A stretch of 64,000 nt of DNA from the human T2T-CHM13v2.0 reference genome, Homo sapiens: NCBI RefSeq assembly GCF_009914755.1, contig NC_060927.1; one strand, written 5' to 3'. Both the position numbers and the translations under genes were made by a program. Shown here piece by piece: positions 1 through 13,135 of this stretch (within the stretch, counting starts at the first letter, position 1; every line of letters begins with the position of its first letter). The notes beneath the pieces are model-generated. The model was not told where the DNA came from and made no database searches. It saw only the letters and a program-made list of their open reading frames with translations.

Positions 1-1430
1 CATATCCTCTAGATTTTCTAGTTTGTGTGCATAGAGATGTTCATAATAGTCTCTGAGAATCTTTTGTATTTCTGTGGGATCAGTTGTCACCTTTGTCATT
101 TCTGACGCTGCTTATTTGGATATTCTCTCTTTTTTCCTTGTTAATCTATCTACCAGTGTGTTGATCTTGCTTATCCTTTCAAAAAAAAAAAAAACACGAA
201 CTTTTGGTTTCGTTGATTCTTTGTGTGGATTTTTGGGTCCCAATTTTGTTTCATTCTGCTATGAATTTAGTTATTTTCCTCTGCTTGCTTTGGAGTTAGT
301 TTGTTCACATTTTGTAGTTCCTGTAGGTGTGATGTTAGATCATTAATTTGAGATATTTCTAACTTTTAAAAGTAGGCAGTGCTATTAAATTTTCCTCTCA
401 ACACTATTTTTGCTGCATCCCAGAGATTTTGGTATGTTCTATCTCTGTTTTCATTTTTTTCAAATAATTTTTTGATTGCTCTCTGAATTTTATTGCTTAC
501 TCAAAAGTCATTTTGGAGCAAGTTGTTTAATTTCCATGTAATTGTGGGGTTTTGAGAGATCATCTTGATATTGATTTCTGTTTTTATTCTATTTCTATTA
601 CATTGGCCTTAGAATATGGTTGGTATGATTTTGATTCTTTTGAGTTTATTGAGACTTGCTTTATGGCCAATTATGTGGTTGATCTTGGAGTATTTTCCAC
701 ATACAGATGAGAAGAATAAACATTCTTTGGTTGACAGGTGGAATATTCTGTGAATTTCTATTAGGTCCAATTGGTCAAATGTTGAATTTTAGTTCAGAAT
801 TTCTTTGTTAAGTTTTCTGCTTTGATGATCTGTCTAATGCTGTCAATGGGGTGTTGAAGTCCCCTACTATTATTGTTTGGCTGTCTATATCTTTTTGTAT
901 GTCTAGAAGTAGACATGCATGAATCTGGGTGCTCCAATGTTGGGTGCATATGTATTTAGGATACTTAAGTCTTCTTGAACTGAACACTTTATTATTACAT
1001 AATGCCCTTCTTTGTCCTTTTTTACTGTTGTTGGTCTAGAATCTGGTTTATCTGATAAAGGAATACCGACCCCTACTCTTTTTTGTTTTCCATTTACATG
1101 ATAGATCTTTCTCCAATCCTTCACTTCAAGCCCCTAGGTGTTTTTATGTGTGAGATGGGTCTTGTTATTTTATCCAACTTGCCACTTTCTGCCTTTTAAG
1201 TGTGGCATTTAGATCATTAAAAGATTTTATTTCTCCTTTACTTATGAAGCTTAGTTTGATGGAATATGAAATTCTTGGTTGGAAATTTTTTCTTTACGAA
1301 TGCAAAAAAAAAGAAAAAAATAGGCCCCCAGTCTCTCCTGAGTTGTAAGGTTTCTGCTGAGAAGTCTGCTATTGAACTGATAGAGTTCTTTTTATACAAG
1401 ATCTCTAGTTTCCTTTATCAGTGTTTTCTA

Positions 1431-1781
<351 letters not shown>

Positions 1782-2889
1782 TCATTTGTATAGTATCTCA
1801 CAGGTGTTCTCTGGGTTTCTTGTATCTGAATGTTTATGTCTCTGGCAAGATTAGAGAAATTTTCTTGAATTATTCTCCCAAATATGTTTTCCAGGTTGTT
1901 TATGTTTTCTCCTTTTATCTCAAGAATGTCAATAATTTATCATAGATGTGTTTGCTTTACATAATTCTATATTTCTCAAAAATTTTATCTTTTAAATTTA
2001 TTTTTTAAAAATTTTTATCTGAGTGTGTTACTTGGAAAGACTGGTATTCAAGCTCTAAAATTATTTCTTCTGTTTGGTCCAGTCTATTGATAAAACTTTC
2101 AGTTGTATTTTTAAATTCCTTAAGTGGGTTTTTCAATTCCAGAAGCTCCAGTTGATTTCTTTTTAAGATATTTATCTCTTCCATCATTTCCTGCTTTAGA
2201 AGTTACTTTGTATTGATTTTTGACCTTGTCTTGGATCTCATTGTGCTTCCTTGCAATCCATGCTTTGAATTCTTTGCCTGTTATTTCTGAGTTTCAATTT
2301 TGGGTAGGAACAATTGCTGGAGAACTAAAGTGATCCTCTGGTGGTGTCACTACATTCAGATTTTTAAATGATACTAAAATTCTCATGCTGGTTCCTTCTT
2401 ACCTGCAGATACATATGCTTCTTATTTCTATAATTATTTTTGTTTAGATAGGATTTCTTTCTTTCTTTTTCTATAATATTATCGTTTATTTTCTTTCCCT
2501 TTCTCTTTCTTCCTATCCTCAAGCCATATGACTGTAGAGAATGTTGGGTAGAGCCTTTTGACTTTGCTTCTACAGCTGTATACAGTTCTTTTGGCTGGTT
2601 TATTGGGCTGCTTAGTTTGACCTATAAGCCTGTAGATGGCACTTATAGGTAAGAGCCAGCTGTGGACAACATGGCTCAGTATATACTTGATCCTTTTTTA
2701 CTGGGAGAAGCTCTCTGTTGCCTCAAGCCAGGGGCTGATCCATGAAGTGCACCATGGTCTTAGCTCGCTGTTTATCCCTGTGGGGCAGGGGCAAAGAGGA
2801 AAGATGGGCAGGGCCAGACTGGTTAGGTCTGCCCACAGATCCCCTGACGGCAGTCTCAAGCACCAGTGCCAAGGGAGAATCCAATGGGC

Positions 2890-3745
2890 AGCCACCAAGT
2901 ACCCAGAGGTATACCTGTGTGTGGATCTGGGAAACCTCCTTGGCCCCAAGTTCTCTGAATGGGGAAGGGAGTGAGATGGGCTAAACTTCTAATCCAGGAG
3001 CATGTACTCCAGGTGGCTGGAGATCTGCCTGGGAATGAAGTGTAGAAGACCCTGTTGCATGACAATCTCTGCATAGGAAGGGTGGGGGACACTCAAGCAG
3101 CTGAACCAGGCAAACAAGTGCTCTGAATGCCTGGAGATCTTCCTGGACATGTAGCAGAGAGGGTCTCCTTTCACCAGGATTTCTGCACAGGAAGTTTGGG
3201 CCAGCTTAGCTGCTAATCCAGGCAAACAGGTACTCCGACTGCCTGGAGGTATCCCTGAGCATAGGGTAGAGAGGGCCCCACTTCACCATGGTCACCAAGC
3301 AGGAAGGGCAGGCTGGCTTAGGCTGCTGATTAAGGCAAGTGTTCAAAATGAACGGAGATCTGCCTAGGTGTTGAATGGAAAGGGCCCCCCTTCACCACAA
3401 TCTCTGCACAAGAAGAGTAGGGTGGCTTAGGCTGCTTGTCCTGGTGAGCTGGTCATCTGAATGCCTGGAGATCTGCCTGGGCATGAAGCACAGAGGGGCC
3501 CCTGTACCTAGATCCCTGCACTGGAAGGGCAGGGTAGCTCAGGCTGCCAATCCAGGTGAGCAAGTGCTTTGAATGCCTGGAGATCTTCCTGGGTGTGGAG
3601 CAGAGAGGGCTCTATTGCACCACAATCTATGCACAGGGAGGATGGAGCAGCTTAGGGTGCTAATCCAGATGAGTGGGTGCTGTGAATGCCTGGAGATCTG
3701 CTTTGGCATGAAGTAAAGAGGTACTTGCCTTCACCAGGATCTCTC
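2890..3745 (-). repeat. Tandem array of ~7.5 degenerate ~112-bp monomers forming the L1 5' UTR
   Basis: Core GAATGCCTGGAGATCT recurs at about 2905, 3019, 3133, 3245, 3354, 3467, 3579 and 3692 (spacing 109-114 bp). Confidence 0.85.
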
Positions 3746-4058
3746 ATCACCATTTTAGTGATGAGGAAGCAGAGGCACAGGAAAATTAGGTAACTGCCTG
3801 AAGCCTAGGATTGCCAGTAAAATACAAAATGCCAGGTTAAATTTGAATTTCAGATCAACAGTGAATAAATATTAGTATAAATGTATCCTAAATATTGCAT
3901 GGAAGTATTTATATTAAAAATTATTTGTTACTTATCTGAAATTCAAATTTAGCTGGGTATACTGTATCTTTATTTGCTAAATCTGGCAGCCAGGTTAAAG
4001 TGACAAGCAGAGCAAGGATTAAAACTCAGAGTCTTCACTCTCAACTACTATACTACAC
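3746..4058. mobile_element. MIR fragment split by MER53
   Basis: MIR core CCATTTTAGTGATGAGGAAGCAGAGGCACAG...TAACTGCCTGAAG resumes as GCAGAGCAAGGATTAAAACTCAG. Confidence 0.7.
3807..3992. mobile_element. MER53 palindromic hAT-derived MITE
   Basis: TIR-like ends AGGATTGCCAG / CTGGCAGCC and internal inverted arms AAATTTGAATTTCAGAT / ATCTGAAATTCAAATTT. Confidence 0.85.
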
Positions 4059-4818
4059 ATTTTAAATGTGTCAAGTTTTTTTGTGTGTGTGATATGTCTT
4101 TGACAACTTATCGTTTTCTCTGGCTCTTGATCTGTTCAAGTTTCCTACTTCTTTTTGAATCAGTTCTGGTAGTTAATATTGTCTTAGACAACCATTTATT
4201 GCATCTAGGTTTTCAAAGTAATTGGCATAGTGCATTGGCTCAAATTTTTAAATCTTCTTAGTGTTTGTAATTTTATCTTTGTGCCATTCCTGATGGGGCT
4301 TACTGTCTTTTTGTTCATCAAAGTCATAGCCTTTCCATTATTTTTACGTTTTTCTGAAGAACAAACTTTTCATGTTATTTATGACCACAGAGTTTTCTTT
4401 TTGTTTTCTATTTCAGTAATTTCTGTTTTTATTTTTTCCTATTTATTTTCATTTTACTCTGTACTTTTACCTTCTTGAGTTGGATGCTTAGTTTCTTGTG
4501 TAAAATCTTCCTAGTTTCCTAATATATAACATTAAGGCTACACATTTTCTACTAAATATCACTATTTGACTTAGTCTTATAGTTTTTAGTATGTAATTTT
4601 CTCATTGTTTTTCTAATTAAAATTCCAGTTTTGATTTATTCTTTAATTCACAGATTATTTAGAGGATACTTTATAAAATTTCTAAGTGGTTTTAAAATAT
4701 TTGTTTACATTTTATGGATTAAGTTTCTCTTGACTTTCTCCAGTTTTATTTTATGATTTTTATCTCATTTGGCAAAAATAGACGTTTTCCTTGAGCCATG
4801 GTCAAAGTTACATCCAGG

Positions 4819-4824
4819 GTGTGT

Positions 4825-4854
<30 letters not shown>
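4819..4854. repeat. (GT)n microsatellite
   Basis: Direct observation. Confidence 0.95.
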
Positions 4855-4857
<3 letters not shown>

Positions 4858-4869
4858 CCATTGCATAAA

Positions 4870-5237
4870 CTGTAATAAATTTGCCCAATAACTATAGTTC
4901 AAACCATGTAGATGTTTATATCTTGCTTACATAACAATACATAGTCATTCAGTGATACAAGCTGACTGTCATCTTCAGCACGTGGCTGTCTTTGACAGTC
5001 TTCCTTGGAGTTATTTCCATTTCAACCACCTGGAGGAGAAAACAGACAGGGAGAAGTGCATATGAGCGTTTTTTATGGGCAAAAAGTGAATATCATTTCT
5101 GTTTATGTTGAACTGGCTGGACCTCTCATAGCCACACCCAACTTCCAGGAAGGCTGGGAAATGCAGCCTAGCTGTGTGTCCTAGAATAAGAGGAAGAACC
5201 TGGATTTTAGTGAGTTGATAGGGATCTCTTATACACT
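4870..5237 (-). mobile_element. MLT1J/K-type MaLR LTR, copy 1 (paralog of 7629-8020)
   Basis: GGAAGGCTGGGAAATGCAG-CTAGCTGTGTG motif; collinear with 7654-8022. Confidence 0.75.
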
Positions 5238-6862
5238 ATTTCCTTTTAATGACCAGGGTGTTTGAAAAGAATGTACATTTTCTATTTTTTGAGTATAAAA
5301 TTTTACCTGTGTATGTGTATCAAGTTTGTTAAATATTATTCAAGTCATCTACAGTCTTTACTTTATACTTATCTACTAGATTTGACTAGCAGATAATTTA
5401 AGAGAAGTCTATTAAGGTGTATTATAATTTCTTAATATGATTGTGGCATTGCCTATCTGTTGTAGCTCTAACAATTATCATTTTAAATATTTTAAAGTTA
5501 TGCTATTGATACATTAAAGCTTTTTGACTCAGAACATCTTTATGGATTTTTCTTTTATTATTACAAAATATCTATATTGTTTTACAATACTTTTAGCCTC
5601 AAAATCTACCTACATAATATAAATGTTGCCAACCCTGTTTTCTATTTGTTCCCACTTGCTGCCCTTCTTTTCAGGCTTTCTTTGTCCTTTCTAGGTATAT
5701 GCATGGGCATAAAATTGGAGTATGCTTTTTCTCAATCTTAGAATTGTTGTTTTGTCTTTAAGGCAGCTTTATTAAGGTGGAATTGATGTACCATAACTGC
5801 AAATATTTTAAAGTGCACGATTGTACACTTATGAAAATAATCATCATAATGATTGTTTTTAATGATGGTTTAATACCTTTTTATCATTATTTATAACAGA
5901 GATGTTAAATACAATTGTGGTAATTAAAATGAAGGACATGTTTGGTCTTATTTTATCTTATTTTATGCTTTCTGTACTATTATGTATTATTTGTTCCTAT
6001 TTTTTCCCTCACCAAGTTTTACTGTATTGAAAGAGTTTTTATTTTTAGCTACTCTCTCGGCATTTGATGATTTGGAATCATTTAAATGTTTCTATTTTTT
6101 GGTGAATACATATATTTTGAAGAGTGTCTTCAAGTTTGTATTTTTATACCAATACAGTAAACATCTCAATGTTTCAAGAGGAGACTTTTTAGTATAGTTT
6201 TTATTTAATTAAAATCAGCCATACACGCCATACTAAAATGAAGCTTTCAGGATGCTTTTACTTCTCTAACTTCTCTGTATCTCCCCCACTAACTCCTGGG
6301 ATTTTTTTGGACTCCTTTGAAATTTTGGTTCCTAGCTTTTTAAATTATATAGTATGCCTGATCTCTTTCAATCCCGTATGTTGTAGTTGGCAATCCCTTT
6401 ATAATTGTTTGTTCTGAGTTAGGCATGACTTTCAGTTCCTCGTAATTGCTGTCTAGACCCCTTAGTCCTGCCTCTCACTAGTTGTTGCCTCTAGCACCTC
6501 TAGCACCAGACTCACCCCTTAGCCACTCCTTTCATCATTGTGGGGCTTTATCACCATGTTGGTGATACAACCAACATCCTGATATCTAAATCCCATCCTC
6601 CAGTGGAGTTTTCTCAGGCATCACCTCAGTAAACCACTTGGATGCCCATTCCCCAGACTTTGTTATCATCAATAACTGAACTCTGTCAGCCATTGTAATG
6701 CCACCCTTTTTCTCCTCCCCAACTCCCAGCTCCCTTGCTCAGCCATTCTCCAATCTGATCTCACCAGTTTCACGGCCTCCTTCCCTTGCTCATCCAGCCT
6801 GGATTCCACAATCTAGCCTTATAGCTTCCTTGGCAACTCCTTTTAACTCACTTGCCTTCCGT

Positions 6863-7297
6863 TGTAGTGGGTTGAACAGTGGCTCCCAAAAGATAAGCTT
6901 AGGAATCTGTAAATGACCTTATCTGAAAAAAGGAATCTTTGCAGATATAATCAAATTAAGGATCCTGAAATGTGATTATCTGGATTCAGGCAGGCTCTAA
7001 CCCAATGACAAGTCTTTAGAAGAGAAGAGAGGGAAAAATAGACAGAAACACACCAAGGAGAAGACAATGTGAAGACAGAGGCAGATATTGGAGTGATGCA
7101 TCTACAGGCCAAGGAATGCCAAGAATTGCCAGCAGCCACCAGAAGCCAGGAGATAACAGATTCTCTGTTCGAGCCTCCAGAAGGATCCAATGCAGCTGAC
7201 ACCTTGATTTCAGACTTCTGGCCTCCAGAACTGTGAGAATAAATATCTGATGTTTTAAACTACCAATTTGTTATGGCAGCCTTAGAAAACTAACACA
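6863..7297 (+). mobile_element. MLT1C-type MaLR solo LTR
   Basis: TGTAGTGGGTTGAA start, TGTGAAGACAGAGGCAGA, GACTTCTGGCCTCCAGAACTGTGAGAATAAA, and AAACTAACACA end. Confidence 0.85.
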
Positions 7298-7628
7298 TTG
7301 CTGCTCATGTACTTGACTGGAAAAGCCCTGAACTATTTAACCAACTATCTCCTTATTCCTCTTTCACATGTCCTGTTTCTCCAAATTAGTTAATCTCAAT
7401 TCCAAAGCTTCAGTCCAAGCCACAATCATCTCTCTCCAAGACTGTGACAACGGCCTCTTGATTGATTAGGAGCCCTGCCCCTAGAACCTAGAGTATTAAT
7501 CTGACCGTGTCACTTACTTTCTGAACTCCTCTACATCCCCCAACACATACAAACATATACAGTCCTTTTTGTTACACCTGGAGAGAAATTCAGACTCTGC
7601 GCTATGGTTCTGCAAGACCCTGCCAACC

Positions 7629-8020
7629 TGTAATGGTCAGAGAGCATTAACTGCTGTAATAAATTTGCCCAATAACTAACTATGGCTCAAATGGTGTAGA
7701 TCTTTATTTCTTGCTCACATAACAACATACAGTCATTCAGGGATATAGGCTGACTGTCATCTCCTACACGAGTCTGTCTTTCAAAGTCACCCTTGGGGTC
7801 ATTTCCATTTCGACTAGCTGGAGGAGAAAACACAGAGAGAAGTACATATGAGTGTTTTTTATGTGCAGAAACGGGTATCACTTCTGTTAATATTGCACTG
7901 GCTGGGTCTCTCATAGCCACGTCCAATTTCCAGGAAGGCTGGGAAATGCAGTCTAGCTCTGTGTTATAGAATAAGAGGAAGAACCTGGATTTCAGTGTGT
8001 TGATAGTGGTCTCTGCCACA
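7629..8020 (-). mobile_element. MLT1J/K-type MaLR solo LTR, copy 2 (complete TG...CA ends)
   Basis: The minus strand starts TGTGGCAGAGA and ends CATTACA, with an AATAAA near 7703-7708. Confidence 0.8.
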
Positions 8021-8379
8021 CTGCCTCCTTGATCTTATCTTCTCCCATGTCTGCCCAAATTCCCTATGCCTAGTCATTGTGGTTTTTTTTCTGAATGAGC
8101 TGAACACACTAAGCTTATTTCCTTCTGGAGACTCATTTCTGGTCAGAATGCTCTTCCATAAGTGTGCAGAGTTACTTCCTTCTTACGTTCAATTCTCAAC
8201 TTGAATGTCTTCTCCAACTTTGCCAAAGCATTCCCTTTTCTCATTATCCTATTTAATCTCCTTCACAACATTTAGTATCTGAATATACACTTTTAAATGG
8301 CAGGGGCTCTGTCTTGTTCACCACTGTATTTTGGAACAGAATAGGAAATTAATGAATATTTTTTGACTGACTCCTACTC

Positions 8380-9690
8380 TTGGAATAGTCTATCATACCT
8401 TGAGATTTTTGTTCTGATTTTATTTTATTTATTATTGTACTCCATTAAGCAATTTACTTAGAAGGTGTATCTGGGTGGCACACATTATGAATTTTCTTGT
8501 GGTGAAAAACTTTTTTCTCTTCCCACATAAACATTTTATTGAATGGTGTAAGATTCATGGATCACAAAGCTTTTCTCTAAATGCTAAGCATATTTTGTTC
8601 CATTGTCTTTGAGTTTCTGGAGTTGCAGGTGAGAAATCTGTTGCTGATTTGATTCTCTTGCCTTTGAAACTAGATTTTTCTCCTGTTTGAAAACCTATAA
8701 GCAAATTTCCTTATTCTAAGAGTTCAGACATTTTACAAGGCATGTATATATATGTATACATATTTCATAATTCCTATATGACACTATAAGTACACTTTTC
8801 ATTTGAAAATGTATATCTTTTTACAACTCAGAGTTTTTTCTTCTTCTTTTTACATTTTTTGCTTCTCTTAGGTCTATTCATTTGTCTCCTGAAACTACTC
8901 CATTTTGCATATTACATCTCCTGGATATATCCTCCATGTCTCTTATTCTTTTCACTTGTTTTGTTTCTTTGTATATTTTTGCTTTTGTGTAGTAATATAA
9001 TTCTTACTCCACAAGAGTAAGATTACTTATTCAGTTTTCAGTTGAATCAATTCTATGTTTTAGTTCTGAAACTAAATTTTTCAATTCAGAATTTAAAAAA
9101 TTTACCCGAATTCTTATTGCATAACTTTACATATTTTCTATGGATTTTTATTTTCTTTTCCATCTGTTTCTTTCATTAAAGCATCCTTATAAGAAAGAGG
9201 TCTGGCTCTTTGCTTGGTCTCCCTTTATGCTATGAAGTCTCTTGACTGGTAGTTATTCATTCTATGCCTATGTTGGCAGTTCTAGTTTCCTCTAGCACAT
9301 GTTCAGATCAGGCTGATGGGTCAAGCTAAGGTGAATTGGAGGGTAAGGAGGAGGAAATGAAAGACTGTGATTTTCTTCAGTACTGTGAGCAGTGATTGGG
9401 TGGCAGCCACAGCTCTTGTCTGTGCTCTGGGAGTTAGCAGGCCCAGCACACGGAGCTATTTATGCTGATGGGTGGTCAGATGTCCTCACTCCATGCTTTT
9501 CCAGCAAAGACACCTCCTCCCTTACCATGGGGTCCTAGGTCCTCTGGGTAATAGAAGCAAGTTCCACAGAACAGACATTGCCCACTGCCCAGATCTGCCC
9601 AGTCCCCTTGGAATCTGAAACCTCAGATGTGAGTTGGCTTTCCATTAGGATTCAGCATCAGGTATACTCTCATTTTCAATGCCTTTTTTT
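8380..9690 (-). mobile_element. Ancient L1ME-like ORF1/5' region
   Basis: Degenerate antisense ORF1-type text (TGAGAAATCTGTTGCTGATTTGATTC...). Confidence 0.5.
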
Positions 9691-9691
9691 G

Positions 9692-10248
9692 TGTTGCGGG
9701 AAGTCAGGGAACCCGAACAGAAGGACCTGCTGAAGCTGTGACAGAAGAATATAAATTGTGAAGATTTCATGGACATTTGTTATTTCTCCAAATTAATAAT
9801 TTTATAATTTCTTACACCTGTCTTTACTACAATCTCTGAACATAAATTGTGAAGATTTCATGGACATTTATCACTTCCCCAGTCAAAACTCTTATAATTT
9901 CCTATGCCTGTCTTTACTTTAATCTCCTAATCCGTCATTATAATTTCCTACACCTGTCTTTACTTTAATCTCTTAATCCGTCATCTTCATAAGCTGAGGA
10001 TGTATGTCGCCTCAGAACCCTGTGATGATTGCATTAACTGCACAAATTGTTCATAAAGCATGTGTGTTTGAACACTATGAAATCTGGGCACCTTGAAAAA
10101 AGAACAGGATAACAGCGATGTTCAGGGAACAAGGGAGATAACCATTAGGTCTGACTGCCTGGGATCCAGGCAGGACAGAGCCATATTTCTCTTATTGCCG
10201 AAAACGGGTAAGAGAAATATTGCCAAATTCTTTCCCCAGTAAAGAATA
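9692..10248 (+). mobile_element. MER11 (HERV-K HML-8 LTR), 5' half only
   Basis: Starts TGTTGCGGGAAGTCAGGGA; contains the characteristic duplicated ATAAATTGTGAAGATTTCATGGACATTT blocks; stops abruptly at about 560 bp. Confidence 0.9.
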
Positions 10249-11214
10249 AAGATATATTTTTTGCCTTCTTGTTGAGTTACTGCTGGAGGGAATTTGGTGA
10301 TAGAGGGTATCAGAAATATGGGCTCAGGCTGCCTTCTTCTCAGAATTCCTACTAGATCCTGATTTAATTTACTTGTCCAATGTGTAACTGTGATCACTCT
10401 CCAGCTGTTCACCTCAACCCTACTTCCACTCCATTCCCAGGGCTGACAAGCTCAGGTCTGGGTCAAGGACCCGATAGGAACAAGGGCCCTATGAGACCAT
10501 CACATTCTCCCCCAGGGAGGTGGAGTGAGATAAAGAGGTTGGGGCCAGAAATGGAAGGAGGAAAGATGGGTAATACCTCTTAGAGCACTGTGATCAGCTA
10601 GGCCTGAGAATGCCTCCTACACAATAGGCATTATCCCAGCAGAAACAGAGGGAAATCGAGGCAGAAATAGTACAACTTGTTGGGCCTCTGGTATAGTTCT
10701 CAAACAAGAGGGATAGGAGGGATCCTTGATGATTCCCATTCTTCAACCCATTACCCAGGCAGGAGAGAAGCTTGGAAGTTGCACTTTCTGAAGTGAATTT
10801 CCCTGGAGTGGCCATTCTGCTATTATACTTGGAGGACCTAGCAGGGATATCTGGGAAGTAGATTGGCCAGGGATTTTGGATAAGTCTTGACCATCTCTCT
10901 CCTTATGAAACACAACTAACATAGCTATTAGGTTGCTGCATAGGATTGGGAAATGTAGTATGTTTAGAAAAAAGGTTAAAGTTCATCTTGGAAAGGTAGA
11001 TTCTTCTTTAGTGTTTATATCACTTTAAGACTTAGGCAGTCTCAAAAGTTTATCAGAGAAGAGGATTAATATTTCTTTCCGAACTACACGGGTAAAAATC
11101 AAAAGTTGAGGAATCACATTTGTCACGGAAGCTGAAGCAAACACAGATGATCTTCAAGAACTATCAACTCAGGTCCTGCTAGTCTTCCTGTTTAAAATAA
11201 ACCAACTCTTTAAC

Positions 11215-11475
11215 TGTTTGTCTCCAATGTGCCTGGATCTGCACTATGTGCTGAGGATACTGAGATGTATGACAAGATTCCTGTTCTACAGAGCCTCTCA
11301 TATTGGGAAAGGGATATGAATTGAGGAAAGGTAAGAAAATACAAAGAAAATGAAATAAATGAATGATAAAGGGAAGCATGGGATACCGGAGGAGAGAACG
11401 ACACCTAACCTGCCTAACCAGTCTGAAGGGCAGGGGAGGTTAGGGAGCTTTCCCTACAGAGATACTCTGAGCCAA
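11215..11475 (-). mobile_element. L2 fragment
   Basis: GCACTATGTGCTGAGGATAC...TTCCTGTTCT...GGAGGTTAGGGAGCTTTCCC. Confidence 0.55.
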
Positions 11476-12179
11476 CTGGCTACACTTGGGCTGAAAGAAC
11501 ATGTGTTGCTATCTGCATCTATCCTATGATGTTATCCACAGGTCAGAACACAGCCCTGATGAAGAGAATCTGAACCACCTCTGCCACTTCTACCCTCGGC
11601 CCCTACCCAGAGGCACCAGGTGGGTCTGGTCAGTATTTGAAACCTGGACAACCCTGGCTAGGGAGAAGGACCTACATGGGTGTATAGAAGTGGAGGATTA
11701 GAGGACAAAGGATAGAGTATAAAATGCCAAATGCACTCAACAGTCTACAGGAGGGAGAAGAAGGCCAAAAATGGTCAGTAGAACCAAGATTTCAAGGGGT
11801 AATGTTGGAGCAGAGGCCAGAGAATCTGTCATGACACGATCATGAAGCTGAGAAGCCACATGTGACACATGTGCAGCAAGAGGACTAGGAAAATGGCTGG
11901 GACTGGAAAAAGAGGGAGGACTGGGCTGGCTAACTGTTCCATTAAAAACTCCAAAAAATAGAGAGAGGCCAGCTCCAGGTACCAAAAACTTTTCAAGCAT
12001 CAATTTTCAAAAAATTCTATACTTATAAAAACTGCCTGAATACCCTATGTGTTCTTGAATTTCCAATAAGATTTTCTGAATTGGAGAAAATATTTCCATA
12101 CTTTGGTACTTCTGCTAGTGTCCTGGAGTGACTGGTCAATAGGAGAGAATGACTGAGCATAAGTCTTCTCCTACTGTTC

Positions 12180-13135
12180 TTTTTCCTCTAATGGCTTTAT
12201 TGAAGTTCAATTGGGATACAATAAACTGTACATATTTGAAGTGTAAAATCTGATGTCTTGCCAAATGTATCCACCCAGGAAATAATCATTAGAATCGACC
12301 CCATAAGTTTCATCATGCTCTTTTGTAATCCCTCCCTCCTGCCTACTCATCTCCAGACAACTGTAGTTGTCTATTACCACACATTAGTTTACATTTCCTT
12401 GAATTTTATATAAATGGAGTCATACATTACATACTCTATTTTTGTCTGGCTTCTTTCACTCAGCATAATTATTTTAAGATTCTTTCATGTCATGTATATT
12501 GATAATTCATCTTTTTATCACTGAATAGTCTTATTGAGTAGTATTCCATTGTATGGATATACCATGACTTATTATCCATTCACCTATTAATGAACATTTG
12601 GGTTCTTTGTAGCTCAGGAGTATTACAAATAAAGTTATAAACATTTAAGTATAAGTCTTTTTGTATAAATGCATTCTTTCTTTTCTCTTGGGTAAATAGC
12701 TAAGAGTGCAATGGCTGGATCATATGGTAAGTGTAAGTTTGAGTTTTTAAGAAACTTTGCCAAACTAGTTCAAAGTAGTTCTTCCATTTTACATTCCCAC
12801 AAGCAGTGTATAGGGACTCTGGCATCTCAGCAACACTTGCTATAGTGAGAATTTCTTATAATGCTCATTTTAATAGGCATGTAGTGGAACTTCATTATAT
12901 TTTTAATGTACATTTTTCTAATGACAATGGATATTGAGTTCTTTAGATATTGTAGATATATGTTCTTTATCAGATATATGATTTACAAGTATTTTTCTCC
13001 CAGTCTTTGGCTTGTTTTGACAATATTACCAGAAGCTTTTAATTTTAACTAAGTCCAATATATCAGTGTTTTTCTTTTATGGACTGTATTTTTGGTGCCA
13101 TATCTAAGACATATTTGCCTAACCCAAAGCATAAA
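12180..13135 (-). mobile_element. L1MB-type 3' end
   Basis: GCTTTATTGAAGTTCAATT...AATAAACTGTACATATTTGAAGTG; TTTTGTCTGGCTTCTTTCACTCAGCATAAT; GTATTCCATTGTATGGATATACCA. Confidence 0.85.

Larger units (their letters stand above)
4060..6420 (-). mobile_element. Ancient L1 (L1ME-like) ORF2/inter-ORF region, fragmented by later insertions
   Basis: T-rich, degenerate similarity to antisense L1 ORF2 (e.g. TTTGAAAAGAATGTACATTTTCT). A short L1MB-type 3' end lies at about 5757-5850. Confidence 0.6.
6430..8372 (+). mobile_element. L2 LINE interrupted by MLT1C and MLT1J/K
   Basis: C/T-rich L2 body and an L2 3' end GGCAGGGGCTCTGTCTTGTTCACCACTGTAT...GAATATTTTTTGACTGACT. Confidence 0.65.

Noticed and set aside
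2890-3745. CRISPR-like repeat-spacer array
   Set aside because: The whole ~112-bp unit is homologous between copies (no unique spacers), there are no cas genes, and the context is primate L1.
3807-3992. miR-1302-family hairpin from MER53
   Set aside because: The palindrome is intrinsic to MER53, the region matching the mature miRNA is diverged, and there is no expression evidence.
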